Positions 1 through 10,638 of a stretch of DNA of 64,000 nucleotides are shown here, piece by piece; the first letter of the stretch is position 1, and each line of letters begins with the position of its first letter. A program made the position numbers and the translations under genes. The notes under the pieces are model-generated. The model was not told where the DNA came from. It made no database searches and saw nothing but the letters and a program-made list of their open reading frames with translations. The stretch is from Sphingobacteriaceae bacterium. Its GTDB lineage: Bacteria; Bacteroidota; Bacteroidia; UBA7662. The DNA lies in the NCBI GenBank assembly GCA_030682795.1, contig JAUXNJ010000010.1, positions 176,660-240,659 on the forward strand, given 5' to 3'.

Positions 1-1483
1 TGGCGGTGTTCAAGGCCGTGATGGCTTGCGCGCTGTTGGCGCTTGAACCTACCGCGCGAAGCTCAAACTTATTGCCAGTAAAGGCAAAAGGCGAGGTGCG
101 GTTACGGTCGGTATTGTCGAGCAAAATCTCTGGAATGGCTTTGATGCTGTTGATCAAGCTGCGGACTTCGCCTTCGTTGTGTTCGATTTTGCCTTTTTCG
201 ATTTCGTCGAGTACCTGGCTGAGCTGCGAGCCTAAGAAGGCCGACATGATGGCTGGCGGTGCTTCGTTGGCACCCAAACGGTGGTCGTTGCTAGCTGAAG
301 CAATGGCGGCACGAATCAAATCTGCGTAATCGTGGAAAGCCTTGATGGTATTCACAAAGAAGGTGAGAAACATCAAATTGCTCTTCGGCGTTTTGCCGGG
401 CGAAAGCAGGTTTTTGCCGGTATTGGTGCCGAGCGACCAGTTGTTGTGCTTGCCCGAGCCATTTACGCCTGCAAAAGGCTTCTCATGCAGCAGCACGCGG
501 AAGTGGTGGCGCTTGGCAATCTTCTCCATCAAATCCATCAACAATTGGTTGTGGTCGATGGCGAGGTTGATTTCTTCGAAAACGGGGGCGCACTCAAACT
601 GACCAGGGGCTACCTCGTTGTGACGGGTCTTGAGTGGAATGCCCAATTTGAGGGCCTCGTACTCCAAATCCACCATAAAGGCGTGCACCCGCTCAGGAAT
701 GCTGCCGAAGTAGTGGTCTTCGAGCTGCTGACCACGCGCCGGAGCATGACCAAACAAGGTGCGACCGGCCATCATCAAGTCGGGGCGGGCTGCAAACAAG
801 GTGCCATCTACCAAAAAATACTCCTGCTCAATGCCGAGGGTAGGGGTTACCTGGGTGATGTTTTTATCGAAATACTGACAAACAGCCACACCTGCAGCTT
901 CAACTGCGGCGAGCGACTTGAGCAAGGGTGATTTATAATCTAGGGCTTCGCCGGTATAAGATACAAAAATGGTAGGGATGCAAAGGGTGTTGCCCGCTGG
1001 ACCTTTAAAGATAAATGCCGGAGAAGAAGGATCCCAAGCAGTATAGCCACGGGCTTCAAAAGTATTGCGGATGCCGCCGTTCGGGAAGCTCGACGCATCG
1101 GGTTCTTGCTGTACAAGGGCGCCTGCACTGAAAGCTTCGATGGCTTCGCCTTCGTTGTTAAGCGAGAAAAAGGCATCGTGTTTTTCGGCAGTTGCGCCGG
1201 TGAGGGGCTGAAACCAGTGGGTGTAGTGGGTAGCACCTTTACTTACGGCCCAGTTTTTCATGCCGTTGGCCACTTGTTGGGCAATTTCTTTGTCAACCCG
1301 CGTGCCTTTGTGGATGCATGCCATCAGACTTTCGTACACATCTTCGGCGAGGAATTCGCGCATCGACTTGCGATCAAAAACGTTCTCACCAAAAATCTGT
1401 GAGATTTTGGCGGTAGGAGCGGTCACCTGAATGAGCTGACGGTTGCGAACCGTGCGTAGGGCTTCTTTGCGGATAGTTGACAT
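1..1483 (-). CDS. glnN: Glutamine synthetase type III (3' end runs off the window)
   Basis: Not in the ORF track. Reading the minus strand from the ATG at 1483 gives MSTIRKEALRTVRNRQ... with GSIII motifs WFQPLTG, QQEPDASSFP, HNEVAP, HEKPFAGVNGSGKHNNW and HRLGANEAPPAIMSAFLG. Confidence 0.93.
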   Translation of the reverse strand, partial: MSTIRKEALRTVRNRQLIQVTAPTAKISQIFGENVFDRKSMREFLAEDVYESLMACIHKGTRVDKEIAQQVANGMKNWAVSKGATHYTHWFQPLTGATAEKHDAFFSLNNEGEAIEAFSAGALVQQEPDASSFPNGGIRNTFEARGYTAWDPSSPAFIFKGPAGNTLCIPTIFVSYTGEALDYKSPLLKSLAAVEAAGVAVCQYFDKNITQVTPTLGIEQEYFLVDGTLFAARPDLMMAGRTLFGHAPARGQQLEDHYFGSIPERVHAFMVDLEYEALKLGIPLKTRHNEVAPGQFECAPVFEEINLAIDHNQLLMDLMEKIAKRHHFRVLLHEKPFAGVNGSGKHNNWSLGTNTGKNLLSPGKTPKSNLMFLTFFVNTIKAFHDYADLIRAAIASASNDHRLGANEAPPAIMSAFLGSQLSQVLDEIEKGKIEHNEGEVRSLINSIKAIPEILLDNTDRNRTSPFAFTGNKFELRAVGSSANSAQAITALNTA

Positions 1484-1699
1484 GTTTTTTGAGGATTATG
1501 TGGCAAAAGTAGGGGGTTATTTTGGTTCGGCAATAGTATTTTTTAAATTTGAACTATTGTTTTTGTATTTTTTGTTCAAAAATCAGTGCTGTTTGCTGTA
1601 TAATAAATATATGGTTTTAATTTATACGATTAGTTTATGCTCTTTCTTAGCCTGAGGGTATGGCTGATTTAAACAGCACATTGTGGATATAAAAGTCCC

Positions 1700-1809
1700 A
1701 AATCGCCAATCGAAATCGCCCTTCGACTGATGCTGCCGCAGCGCTTAGGGACCCGTCTAGCAGTAAAGCCATCAGAAATCAGACGTCGGAAATCTTAAAT
1801 CATAAATCG
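1700..1809 (+). repeat. Cluster of degenerate AAATC/AATCG 6-7-nt units with an embedded CCCTTCGAC...CTTAGGG motif
   Basis: Sequence reads aatcgccaatcgaaatcgcccttcgac...gcttaggg...gaaatcagacgtcggaaatcttaaatcataaatcg; the units resemble the right arm at 18346-18395. Confidence 0.5.
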
Positions 1810-1846
1810 TTTTTCTTCCCTGAGAAAAGCGTAATTTTGCAGCCGT

Positions 1847-2293
1847 ATGACAAAGCGCCTTCTGTCCATTTGCCTGCTGCTGTTGCTCGTTGCACCGGCG
1901 GTAACGGCGCAAAAAATCAAGCAAAAAAAGGTTCCTTTCGATCTATTGGTCGTTTTTAGAGATGCCTACCCGGCCGCCACCGAGCAACAGTGGCGCAAAC
2001 ATCCCGAGGGCTACCTGGTGAAGTTTGAGCACCTTGGAAAGCGCAAACAAGCAGTATACAAGGCCAATTTAGAGTGGGTAAGTCGCGAAAGCACGCTCAC
2101 CAAAGAAGAACTCCCGCTGCCTGCCCTCTTGCATTTACAAGAAAATTTTGCCGCCTGCGATGTACAACAGGTGCGCGCCCTCGAAATTCCAAGCAAGGTG
2201 ACCCTCGAAGTCATTGCTTATTGTACAGCCGATAAAAAAACACAGCTGCTGCGTTTCGATCGCAACGGCCGCCTTCTCAAAGAAAAAGATTAA
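1847..2293 (+). CDS. Secreted PepSY-like (BLIP-like/DUF2874-type) protein
   Basis: Signal peptide, then VP..V..FRDAYPAA...W...Y.V.F and a C-terminal FDRNGRLL. TAATTTTG promoter at 1832-1839. Confidence 0.6.
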   Translation: MTKRLLSICLLLLLVAPAVTAQKIKQKKVPFDLLVVFRDAYPAATEQQWRKHPEGYLVKFEHLGKRKQAVYKANLEWVSRESTLTKEELPLPALLHLQENFAACDVQQVRALEIPSKVTLEVIAYCTADKKTQLLRFDRNGRLLKEKD

Positions 2294-2303
2294 ATAGCCA
2301 ACC

Positions 2304-4523
2304 GTGGAAGATAAATTGACGACCGTAGAAACCGCCAAAGAGCTCGGCTTATTGCCAGAGGAATTCGACAAAATCTGCGAAATTTTAGGCCGTGTGCCCA
2401 ATTTCAACGAGCTCAGCGTGTATTCGGTGATGTGGAGCGAGCACTGCTCGTACAAAAACTCGATCGTATGGCTCAAAACCCTACCCAAAGACGGCGAGCG
2501 CATGCTGGCCAAAGCGGGTGAAGAAAACGCAGGCCTGGTCGACATTGGCGACGGCCTAGGTTGCGCTTTTAAAATCGAATCCCACAACCACCCATCTGCC
2601 ATTGAACCTTATCAGGGCGCGGCAACAGGGGTGGGCGGCATCAACCGCGACATCTTTACCATGGGCGCGCGCCCCATTGCGCAGCTCAACAGTCTGCGCT
2701 TCGGCAACCTGCAGCAAGAACGCACCAAGTGGATCATCCGCGGTGTGGTGAAGGGCATTGGCGACTACGGCAATGCTTTTGGCGTACCAACGGTAGGCGG
2801 CGAGGTGTATTTCGACGATTGCTTCACGGTAAATCCGCTGGTGAATGCGATGTCGGTAGGCATTGTTGAAAAAGGCAAAACGGTTTCGGCCATTTCTTAC
2901 GGGGTGGGCAATCCGGTGTTTATTGTGGGTTCGCATACGGGCAAGGACGGCATCCATGGTGCTGCTTTTGCTTCGAAAGATATTACCGAGGACTCGGCCG
3001 ACGACCTGCCATCGGTGCAGGTGGGCGATCCTTTCCAGGAAAAATTGCTGTTGGAGGCCACTTTGGAGGCCATCGATACTGGTGCCATCATTGGCATGCA
3101 AGACATGGGCGCCGCGGGCATCATTTGCTCGAGCTCCGAAATGTCGGCCAAAGGCGAGCACGGCATGGTGATTTGGCTCGATAAGGTGCCTACCCGTCAG
3201 GCCAATATGAAGCCCTGGGAGATTTTGCTCTCCGAATCGCAAGAGCGCATGCTCATCGTGTGCAAAAAGGGTCATGAGGACAAGCTGCTGGCGGTTTTCG
3301 ACAAATGGGACATCAACTGCGAGCAAATTGGCGAAGTAACGGCCGGCGAGCGCTTGCATTTTTACATGCACAACGAGCTGGTGGCCGATTTGCCTGCCGA
3401 AAGTTTGGTTTTGGGCGGAGGAGCACCGGTGTACCACCGCGAATACCGCGAACCAGCCTATCTGCAAGAAATTGCCAAGTACAACAACGCGGCGGTGCCT
3501 GAGCCTGCCGATTTGTTGCCTGTGATGCAGCATTTGGCTACGCACCCCAACCTTTGTTCGAAGAAGTGGGTGTATCAGCAATACGACAGCATGGTGGGCA
3601 CCATCAACATGACCACCAACCAGCCATCCGATGCGTCGGTGGTGGAGGTGCGCGGCACAGACAAGGCTTTGGCCATGTCGGTCGATTGCAACTCCCGCTA
3701 CATTTACGCCGATCCGCACAAAGGCACGGCCATTGCGGTGGCCGAGGCCGCACGTAACATTGTTTGTTCGGGTGGAGAAGCGGTTGCGGTAACCAACTGT
3801 TTGAATTTTGGCAATCCTTACAATCCAGAAGTGTATTGGCAGTTTGTTGGGGCCATCAAAGGCATGAGCGAAGCTTGTTTGGCGCTCGGCACCCCGGTAA
3901 CTGGCGGTAATGTAAGCTTTTACAACCAGTCGAGCTACGAAGGTCCCGTTTACCCATCACCCGTAATTGGCATGGTGGGCATCCTCGACAATAAAAACCA
4001 ACATCAAACCTTGTATTTTAAGCGCCCGGGCGATTTGATTTACGTTTTGGGTGAGATGAACAACGACCTTGGCAGTTCGCAATACATTTACAGCTACCAC
4101 GGCATCAAGCACAGTAGTTGTCCCCATTTTGAAATCGACGCCGAAGTAAAACTCCACCAGGTGCTGCATCAAATTCGCGCCAACAACCTGGCCGAAAGCA
4201 TGCACGACATTGCCGATGGTGGTTTGTTCATCAACCTCATTGAGAGTGGTTTTTACAACAAACTTGGTTTTAACATCAGCACCGATGCTGCCTTGCGCAC
4301 CGATGCCTTTTTGTTTGGCGAAACGCAAAGCCGCGCGGTGATCAGCATCGATCCACACGAGCAGCCCGTTTTAGAAAAGCTGTTGAACGCCTCTGGTATT
4401 CCTTTCCGCTTGTTGGGCGAGGTAACCGAGGGCGCTGTGCGCATCAATGGCACCGAATACCCGAGCATTGAGGCCTTTGGCCAGCTGTATGACGAGGCCC
4501 TGGGCCAAATCATGGAGGCTTGA
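2304..4523 (+). CDS. purL: Phosphoribosylformylglycinamidine synthase subunit PurL (small type)
   Basis: 739 aa with [31 protein letters not shown] and GGNVSFYN. Confidence 0.97.
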   Translation: MEDKLTTVETAKELGLLPEEFDKICEILGRVPNFNELSVYSVMWSEHCSYKNSIVWLKTLPKDGERMLAKAGEENAGLVDIGDGLGCAFKIESHNHPSAIEPYQGAATGVGGINRDIFTMGARPIAQLNSLRFGNLQQERTKWIIRGVVKGIGDYGNAFGVPTVGGEVYFDDCFTVNPLVNAMSVGIVEKGKTVSAISYGVGNPVFIVGSHTGKDGIHGAAFASKDITEDSADDLPSVQVGDPFQEKLLLEATLEAIDTGAIIGMQDMGAAGIICSSSEMSAKGEHGMVIWLDKVPTRQANMKPWEILLSESQERMLIVCKKGHEDKLLAVFDKWDINCEQIGEVTAGERLHFYMHNELVADLPAESLVLGGGAPVYHREYREPAYLQEIAKYNNAAVPEPADLLPVMQHLATHPNLCSKKWVYQQYDSMVGTINMTTNQPSDASVVEVRGTDKALAMSVDCNSRYIYADPHKGTAIAVAEAARNIVCSGGEAVAVTNCLNFGNPYNPEVYWQFVGAIKGMSEACLALGTPVTGGNVSFYNQSSYEGPVYPSPVIGMVGILDNKNQHQTLYFKRPGDLIYVLGEMNNDLGSSQYIYSYHGIKHSSCPHFEIDAEVKLHQVLHQIRANNLAESMHDIADGGLFINLIESGFYNKLGFNISTDAALRTDAFLFGETQSRAVISIDPHEQPVLEKLLNASGIPFRLLGEVTEGAVRINGTEYPSIEAFGQLYDEALGQIMEA

Positions 4524-5695
4524 TGCCTGGGCCAACCCGGCTTCATAAACTTTTTTGGATAACGCTCCTTACCCTGCCGCTGCTGTTTACCTGCAGGGAA
4601 CAGGGCAAGGATGCTTATCGCGAGTCGCCACCAGGGCCCGCGTTCATCAACGATCCTGCCGACATGGCGCGCAAGGCAGCTAGCATCGACAGTTTGGTGC
4701 AGCATCGGTTTAAGCCACGTGGCTTTAATGGAGTGTTGTTGGTGGCGCACCGGGGGCAAATCCTCTACGAAGCGGCAGTGGGTATGGCGTCAAGCAAGCG
4801 CGGCGACAGTCTGAGCACCGATGCCCTCTTCGAGCTCGCCTCCGTCTCCAAACAATTTACTGCCGTAGCCATTTTGCAGCTCATGGAAGCGGGCAAACTC
4901 TCGCTCAACGACAGCATCCAACGCTTTTTTCCCGATTTTCCGCACCGCGGAATTACCGTACACATGCTGCTGGCGCACCGCGGTGGCCTCAGCAATTATA
5001 TGTACGATGCCGATCGCCTGTGGCCCGACCAAAGCAAGTACCTCGACAACCAACAGCTCGTGCAGCTTTTGAGCGAGCAACCGCAACAGCGTTGGTACAC
5101 CCCCGACCGCCGTTACGACTACAGCAACACCGGCTATGCCTTGCTCGCCGCCATTGTAGAGGAAGTGAGTGGGATGCGCTTCCGCGACTACGCCCGCAAG
5201 CATTTGTTTGAGCCGGCGGGCATGCAATCGGCCTTTGTGATTAACCCCAAGCGCAGTTTGCCCGATGCGGCTGTGAGTGGACACACCGGCTACTTTCGGC
5301 CCGTTACCACCAAGTATTTTCTCAACGGTGTGGTCGGCGACAAAGGCATTTACGCCTCTGCCCGCGATTTGTATGCCTGGGAGCAGGCCCTTTTCCGCAA
5401 CAAGCTCATCAGCGCCAGCAGCATGGCCTTGGCACTGCAGCCGCACAATCCCCGCAACCGCCGCTTGGCCAGCTACGGCTACGGCTGGCGCATGTATACC
5501 ACGCTGCATGGTTACGAAGTGCGGTTTCATGGCGGCTGGTGGCGCGGCTTCAAAACCTTGCTCGTGCACATGCCCGAGGATGAAACTTGCATCATTGCCC
5601 TCAGCAACAAAACCAGCGGGGCCAACATCGACAAAGCAGCCATTCTTAGTATTTTATATGGAGGGCTGGCGGAAGCAGATGGGCAGGAGGAGTAG
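4520..5695 (+). CDS. Serine hydrolase, beta-lactamase/PBP-like lipoprotein
   Basis: SVSK (SxxK), YSN and HGG motifs; lipoprotein-like signal LLFTC. Confidence 0.88.
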   Translation: MMPGPTRLHKLFWITLLTLPLLFTCREQGKDAYRESPPGPAFINDPADMARKAASIDSLVQHRFKPRGFNGVLLVAHRGQILYEAAVGMASSKRGDSLSTDALFELASVSKQFTAVAILQLMEAGKLSLNDSIQRFFPDFPHRGITVHMLLAHRGGLSNYMYDADRLWPDQSKYLDNQQLVQLLSEQPQQRWYTPDRRYDYSNTGYALLAAIVEEVSGMRFRDYARKHLFEPAGMQSAFVINPKRSLPDAAVSGHTGYFRPVTTKYFLNGVVGDKGIYASARDLYAWEQALFRNKLISASSMALALQPHNPRNRRLASYGYGWRMYTTLHGYEVRFHGGWWRGFKTLLVHMPEDETCIIALSNKTSGANIDKAAILSILYGGLAEADGQEE

Positions 5696-5732
5696 GTTCT
5701 TGAAGGATGCTTTGCGGCTTAAGTGCCGAAAC

Positions 5733-5802
5733 TGTGAATCTGATCACGTTATTCCTATGAAAAATGTGTAAATCATCACATTATTCCTATGAAAAGTGTG
5801 AT
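5733..5802. repeat. Tandem 32-bp-period repeat (~2.2 copies), each with a TGTG(A/T)-N6-TCAC dyad
   Basis: tgtgaatctgatcacgttattcctatgaaaaa, then tgtgtaaatcatcacattattcctatgaaaag, then tgtgat. Confidence 0.8.
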
Positions 5803-6431
5803 TGAACCGTATTGATGGCGGACTCAGAAGGTATTGCAGTCACATTTGTGAACTTAAGTTGTCGGGTCAAAAGCACATAGACTTGGCTTGCCGCTAACAC
5901 GACAGCTTTTGCCTTAGTAAATAGGAACAAAAGCATAGCGTGCGAAATGTTTTGATTCAAATTCGTAAAAATTGCGGTTATAGTAGGGATGTGGTTTTAT
6001 CCCTTCCAATTCATGAAAAGGTCAATTAATAAGGGGATCATTGAGCCGGGACATTAAAAATGACTAGCTATAGGTCAAAGTGAAAAAGATGAAACTACAC
6101 ATGACCACAATTTGTCCCCAAAAAATAGCCTGATAAACCGATTTTAATTGGCTGTCCTTTTCATTGCTAATGATGGCGTAGAAAAGTATGAAATCGCTCG
6201 GTTTTACTATAATTCCAGGGCTTTTTATGCTTTTTTATCTAAAATGGCCATCATTTTCAACCACAATATCCCGCCTAAGCAACCATGGATTAGAAATATT
6301 GACAGTTCATGCATTTGTAATATACTTTGTAAATTGGGTGGGGTAGAGGTCTACATGTTCTACAAAGAAGTTGTTAAGGTAATTTTTGCCATCTATGGCT
6401 AAAGATACGACTGAGCTTAAAATGCTAGCAA

Positions 6432-6752
6432 TTACATTGAATTGTTTTGGCTAATGATAGAAAGCAATTTTTCTGGGTTTTGGCGATTATCCCAAAAGGC
6501 CAAAACGATAATGTCAGTTGCAGAGAGTGTATAATAAATACTAAAATTACCCATGCTAGCACAACGTACATTTACAAGATCAATGGTTCTAAATAGGTCA
6601 GGCTTTAGCGCAATTTCAGACAAAAAGGTATTAGTTATCTGGATGATTTTTGTTGCATAAACCTTATTCCCATTACGTTTTGCCCAATAATTTAAAATTG
6701 ATCTTCTCTGTTTGACAGCAATTTCTGTCCATATCACCCTTCTCGTAGCCAT
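6432..6752 (-). CDS. Type II toxin, RelE/ParE family
   Basis: 106 aa: VIWTEIA...ILNYW...IYY...IIVLAFWDNRQNP; overlaps a small upstream acidic ORF. Confidence 0.85.
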   Translation of the reverse strand: MATRRVIWTEIAVKQRRSILNYWAKRNGNKVYATKIIQITNTFLSEIALKPDLFRTIDLVNVRCASMGNFSIYYTLSATDIIVLAFWDNRQNPEKLLSIISQNNSM

Positions 6753-6976
6753 GCTTCGTCTAACTCCTGCAAGGTTTCCGTGCTTATAAGCCTGCCAGCA
6801 GCTGCATCCGCCAAGGCCATTTCCAGCATGGTTTTCTGAGCGCTTGTTAGAAGCTGTTGGCTAGCTTGTTTAGACATACTTTTCACCATCGCGTTCAAGA
6901 CTTGCAGCTTTTGTTCATCCTCCATAACGCTGATATTTTGGATGATCGCTTGTTTTAAATCTGTGATTACTGGCAT
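6734..6976 (-). CDS. Cognate antitoxin (putative addiction module component)
   Basis: 80 aa ending ALADAAAGRLISTETLQELDEAWL; directly upstream of and overlapping the toxin. Confidence 0.75.
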   Translation of the reverse strand: MPVITDLKQAIIQNISVMEDEQKLQVLNAMVKSMSKQASQQLLTSAQKTMLEMALADAAAGRLISTETLQELDEAWLREG

Positions 6977-7187
6977 CTTTTAAGTTTTAATCTAAGTTAC
7001 AAAAATTGAAAATAGTTTGAAGGCATTTCAGAGAAAAGGTTTGAGTTTCCTAAGCCAGCAATTTAATATCAAATTTTGCTCATGAGTGGTAAATAGTATG
7101 CTGAACATTTAAACCAATCTAGAATATCTGCAGCATTAAAATTAAACCCGAACTTTACCTCCTCCTTTGGGTTATTATAAAAACACC

Positions 7188-7793
7188 ATGTCGAAGTCTA
7201 CTTGGTTTGACCAACTACAACAATTGCTCGGTGGTAAAAGCAGTAACACCGGCACCCAGCAGCTCGTGCACGAACCGCTGGTGCGCTCTCAGCGCTTTGA
7301 GCAGGAGTTGCAGCTGTATGTGCAGCACCAAGAGGCTACGCACTTGGAATTACTGCGACAAAACTACCAGCGGGCAAGTCTACAGCCCGGCAGCGTAGCC
7401 AAATTTGTAGTGCTCAATGGCGAGCATGCGGCGGGATTTATGTGGTATGCCGAAGCCGCCGTGCCAGAGAAGCATTACGATTTTATGCTCGACCGACTGG
7501 CGCGTTTGGTGGCCGAACAAGGCTATGTAGAACAGCAAAACGAGCGAAAAATTTGGCCTGTGGGCGATGCCTGGCAGGAGCTCCACAAGCGCTACCTCAA
7601 GCCCAAACTGCGGTCGGAGGAGCTGGCGAACGGCTTGATAAATCAGCGGTTTGGCAATGTGCTGCTCGAAACTTTGCGGCGCGATGGGCAGCTGAAGTAC
7701 TTAAAACTGCAGTGTAATGTGTACCAAGACCATCTGTACACCCCCGCCAAAAGCTTCGAGCGCTTGATGGAGCTGGTGCTGCAAGGCGGCTAA
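7188..7793 (+). CDS. Hypothetical protein
   Basis: Long ORF with codon usage like the core genes; ATG at 7188. Confidence 0.7.
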   Translation: MSKSTWFDQLQQLLGGKSSNTGTQQLVHEPLVRSQRFEQELQLYVQHQEATHLELLRQNYQRASLQPGSVAKFVVLNGEHAAGFMWYAEAAVPEKHYDFMLDRLARLVAEQGYVEQQNERKIWPVGDAWQELHKRYLKPKLRSEELANGLINQRFGNVLLETLRRDGQLKYLKLQCNVYQDHLYTPAKSFERLMELVLQGG

Positions 7794-7797
7794 AGCC

Positions 7798-8295
7798 TTA
7801 GGCCGTTGCTGGCTGAAACATTTGGGCGTGCCAGCTTTCTGAAAAAGGCAACAGCCACTTGGATTCGAGGGCTTCTTTGGTAAACACCATATTGTTTACC
7901 ACTGTGGTATTGGCGGTAATGCGACCGCTTTGTACGGCTTTTTCAAACTCGTTGCGGTGCAGGGTATGCAACTGACCCTCTTCCTCAAAAGCCAACAACA
8001 TGCGATCAAACAAGGTCACCCCCAGTTCGCTTTCAATAATTTGCATAAAATGCACCGATTTGTCGATGCTACAGCCCGATGCCGGCATATTGGTCTCGTC
8101 AACCGCCAGCACGATAAACTGGTTGCGCAGGATGAGGTAGCTGCCCTGGAGCTCCTTGTTGTGGGCGGTCCAGCTTTCTACAAAAGTGCGCAGGGCGGCG
8201 TGTAAACTGTTGATTTCTCCTTCTTGAAAAGGGCGATTGCTTTGGTAAATCCAGATTTTTGAGGCGGGCGAAAGGGCTTCGAAGGCTGCGTACAT
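7798..8295 (-). CDS. Conserved Bacteroidota protein (often mis-annotated 'ABC transporter ATPase')
   Basis: SKIWIYQSNR, WTAH and ASGCSIDKS; no Walker A motif; last gene of the Fe-S oxidoreductase operon. Confidence 0.75.
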   Translation of the reverse strand: MYAAFEALSPASKIWIYQSNRPFQEGEINSLHAALRTFVESWTAHNKELQGSYLILRNQFIVLAVDETNMPASGCSIDKSVHFMQIIESELGVTLFDRMLLAFEEEGQLHTLHRNEFEKAVQSGRITANTTVVNNMVFTKEALESKWLLPFSESWHAQMFQPATA

Positions 8296-8312
8296 GCTGT
8301 TGTTAGAATTGC

Positions 8313-9116
8313 TTAGTTGATTAAACCATTGGCACCGGCAATGAGTTCAGCGATGTCGTAAACTTTGATGCTGCTTTCTTTTTCTTTGTTTTTTACGCCA
8401 TCGGTGAGCATGGTCATGCAAAACGGACAAGCTGCGGCCACCACATCGGGTTGGGTTTCGAGGGCGTCCTCGATGCGCTCGATGTTCACTTCTTTTTTGC
8501 CTTTTTCAGCTTCTTTAAACATCTGTGCGCCACCAGCCCCGCAACAAAGTCCTTTGGCCTTGCTCCGCTTCATCTCCACCAAATCGGCATCCAAGGCCTC
8601 GAGCACCTGTCGTGGTGCTTCGTAAATGCCGTTGGCGCGACCTAAATAACACGAATCGTGGAAGGTGATGCGTTTTCCTTTAAAAGCACCGCCATCTTTT
8701 ACCTTTAACCGACCTTCGTTAATGAGCTGCTGCAGCAAGGTGGCATGGTGCAGCACCTCGTAATTGCCGCCGAGCTCGGGGTATTCGTTTTTGAGGGTGT
8801 TGAAGCAGTGGGGACAAGCCGTCACAATTTTCTTCACCTCGTACATATTCATTACTTGGATGTTTTGCGCGGCTTGCATCTGGAACAAAAATTCATTGCC
8901 AGCGCGTTTGGCGGGATCGCCGGTGCAGCTTTCTTCGGTGCCCAGCACGGCGAATTTCATGCCTACTTCGTGCAGAATGGCAGCCACCGCCCGGGTGATT
9001 TTGCGGGCACGGTCGTCGAAACTACCAGCGCAACCTACCCAGAACAATATTTCGGGCGCTTCGCCTTTGGCGGCCAATTCGGCCATGGTGTCGATTTTCA
9101 GCGTAATGGCGCTCAT
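8313..9116 (-). CDS. CCG-domain Fe-S oxidoreductase (HdrD/FadF C-terminal-like)
   Basis: FWVGC, ESCTG, TACPHC, HDSCYLGR, CCGAGG and ACPFC. Confidence 0.9.
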   Translation of the reverse strand: MSAITLKIDTMAELAAKGEAPEILFWVGCAGSFDDRARKITRAVAAILHEVGMKFAVLGTEESCTGDPAKRAGNEFLFQMQAAQNIQVMNMYEVKKIVTACPHCFNTLKNEYPELGGNYEVLHHATLLQQLINEGRLKVKDGGAFKGKRITFHDSCYLGRANGIYEAPRQVLEALDADLVEMKRSKAKGLCCGAGGAQMFKEAEKGKKEVNIERIEDALETQPDVVAAACPFCMTMLTDGVKNKEKESSIKVYDIAELIAGANGLIN

Positions 9117-10435
9117 GCTTCTGCGTTTTTAGTGTTGATTTCAAGATTGTCGGCCCAGCCCATGCGGTCGGCAGCCGGGAACTGCCAAGGCGCGCCGTTG
9201 TTTTCGATGTTGTTGAACATCAAGCCCCATTCCGACGGCACCTGCGAGGCTTCCATGGCCTGGTAGCGACGCAGCTCGGTGATGATGGTAACGGGGTTGA
9301 TGAGTACCGGACAAGCCTCTACACAAGCATTGCAAGTGTTGCAAGCCTGAATTTCTTCGGCCGTGATGTGGTCGCCGAGCAGCGCTTTACCATCATCTAC
9401 AAAAGAGCCATTTTTATCGATGTTCGCGCCCACCACTTCGAGTCGGTCGCGGGTATCCATCATGATTTTGCGGGGAGAGAGGAGCTTGCCGGTGGTGTTG
9501 GCCGGACAAACGCTCGTACAACGGCCGCACTCGGTGCAGCTGTAGGCGTCGAGCAGACTCTTCCAGGGGAGGTCCATCACGTCTTTGGCGCCAAAACGAC
9601 CAGGGGCTTCGGCACCGTCGGCCGGGGCGGCGTAGGGATTGGCGTTCGGGTCGAGCATCATGGCTACTTCCTTTTGCACGCTTTCCATGTTGTTCATTTG
9701 TCCGGATGGCTCCAATTGCGCATACCACGTATTCGGGAAAGCCAAAATGATGTGGAAATGCTTGCTGTACGGCAGGTAATTGAGGAAGGCGAGGATGCCC
9801 ACGATGTGTGCCCACCAGCTGATGCGTTCGATGCTGTGGAGGCCGCTTTCAGAAACGCCCGCCAGCAGCGGTGCGAGTAAATTGCTCACGGCATAGCCTG
9901 TTTTGCCTTCCATATTGGCCTCAGCGGTATTCATGAGCAACAGTGCGCTCATCAGCACCACTTCGATGATGAGGATGAGGTTGGCATCGAGGCGCGGCCA
10001 GCCGGTCATTTCGGGACTCGTAAAGCGGGCCACGGGTTGGATGTTGCGGCGCCAGAAAAATACCACGCAAGCCAGGATCACGCCGATGGCCAAAATCTCA
10101 AAAAAGCCGATGATTACGTTGTAAAAACCTCCCAAAAGCGGCTGAAACACCCGGTGGGTACCAAAAATGCCATCGATTACAATCTCCGCCACCTCTAAAT
10201 TGATGAGCACAAAGCCCACGTAAATGAGGATGTGGAAGAAGCCAGCCACCGGCCGGGTAACCATTTTGCTTTGTCCCATCGCCACACGTGCCATGGTTGA
10301 CCAGCGCTCCGACTTGCGGTCGGTGCGGTTGAGGGGCTTTCCTAGGAAGATATTTCTGCGAATTTTACCCACTTTGCGGGCAAAAATGCCACCGCCCAAG
10401 GCGAGTAAAAGAATGAAAATGATGTTTTGTAGCAT
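9113..10435 (-). CDS. Membrane Fe-S oxidoreductase (FadF N-terminal-like: TM helices plus 4Fe-4S dicluster)
   Basis: Several TM segments, PYSKHFH, CTECGRCTSVCP and CNTCNACVEACP. Confidence 0.9.
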   Translation of the reverse strand: MLQNIIFILLLALGGGIFARKVGKIRRNIFLGKPLNRTDRKSERWSTMARVAMGQSKMVTRPVAGFFHILIYVGFVLINLEVAEIVIDGIFGTHRVFQPLLGGFYNVIIGFFEILAIGVILACVVFFWRRNIQPVARFTSPEMTGWPRLDANLILIIEVVLMSALLLMNTAEANMEGKTGYAVSNLLAPLLAGVSESGLHSIERISWWAHIVGILAFLNYLPYSKHFHIILAFPNTWYAQLEPSGQMNNMESVQKEVAMMLDPNANPYAAPADGAEAPGRFGAKDVMDLPWKSLLDAYSCTECGRCTSVCPANTTGKLLSPRKIMMDTRDRLEVVGANIDKNGSFVDDGKALLGDHITAEEIQACNTCNACVEACPVLINPVTIITELRRYQAMEASQVPSEWGLMFNNIENNGAPWQFPAADRMGWADNLEINTKNAEA

Positions 10436-10638
10436 GCCGATTGCTTTAGACGCCAAAATAAGCGTAGAAGGCCGTATTTTTCAAGAAAAGGCCGCTTGTT
10501 TTCAAGGATTTTTATACTTTAGAATGATTCTAAGTTAAAAGGCCGTCATTTACGAAGCAAGCATTGCTAAAGGGCGAGTTTGATGAATGATCATGCTGTT
10601 CCAACCTCGCTTTTCAAACCAAAACATGCCAAAGCAAC

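Noticed and set aside
6..1402. Plus-strand ORFs 6-329, 332-931 and 1106-1402
   Set aside because: They are antisense shadows of the glutamine synthetase III gene.
2556..3719. 387-aa antisense ORF in purL (likewise 16685-17959, 21635-22390 and 32583-33395)
   Set aside because: These are in-register shadows caused by codon bias in well-supported genes and carry no recognisable motifs.
4520..5695. Antibiotic-resistance beta-lactamase
   Set aside because: It is a generic SxxK serine hydrolase of a broad family; resistance cannot be inferred from these motifs.
5885..5905. TTGCCGCTAAC, resembling one end of an integron attC site
   Set aside because: It is only a half-site. There is no complementary partner at a suitable distance, no repeated copies and no integron integrase in the window.
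6148..6402. 84-aa plus-strand ORF in the AT-rich gap
   Set aside because: It has a TTG start, no motif and no supporting context.
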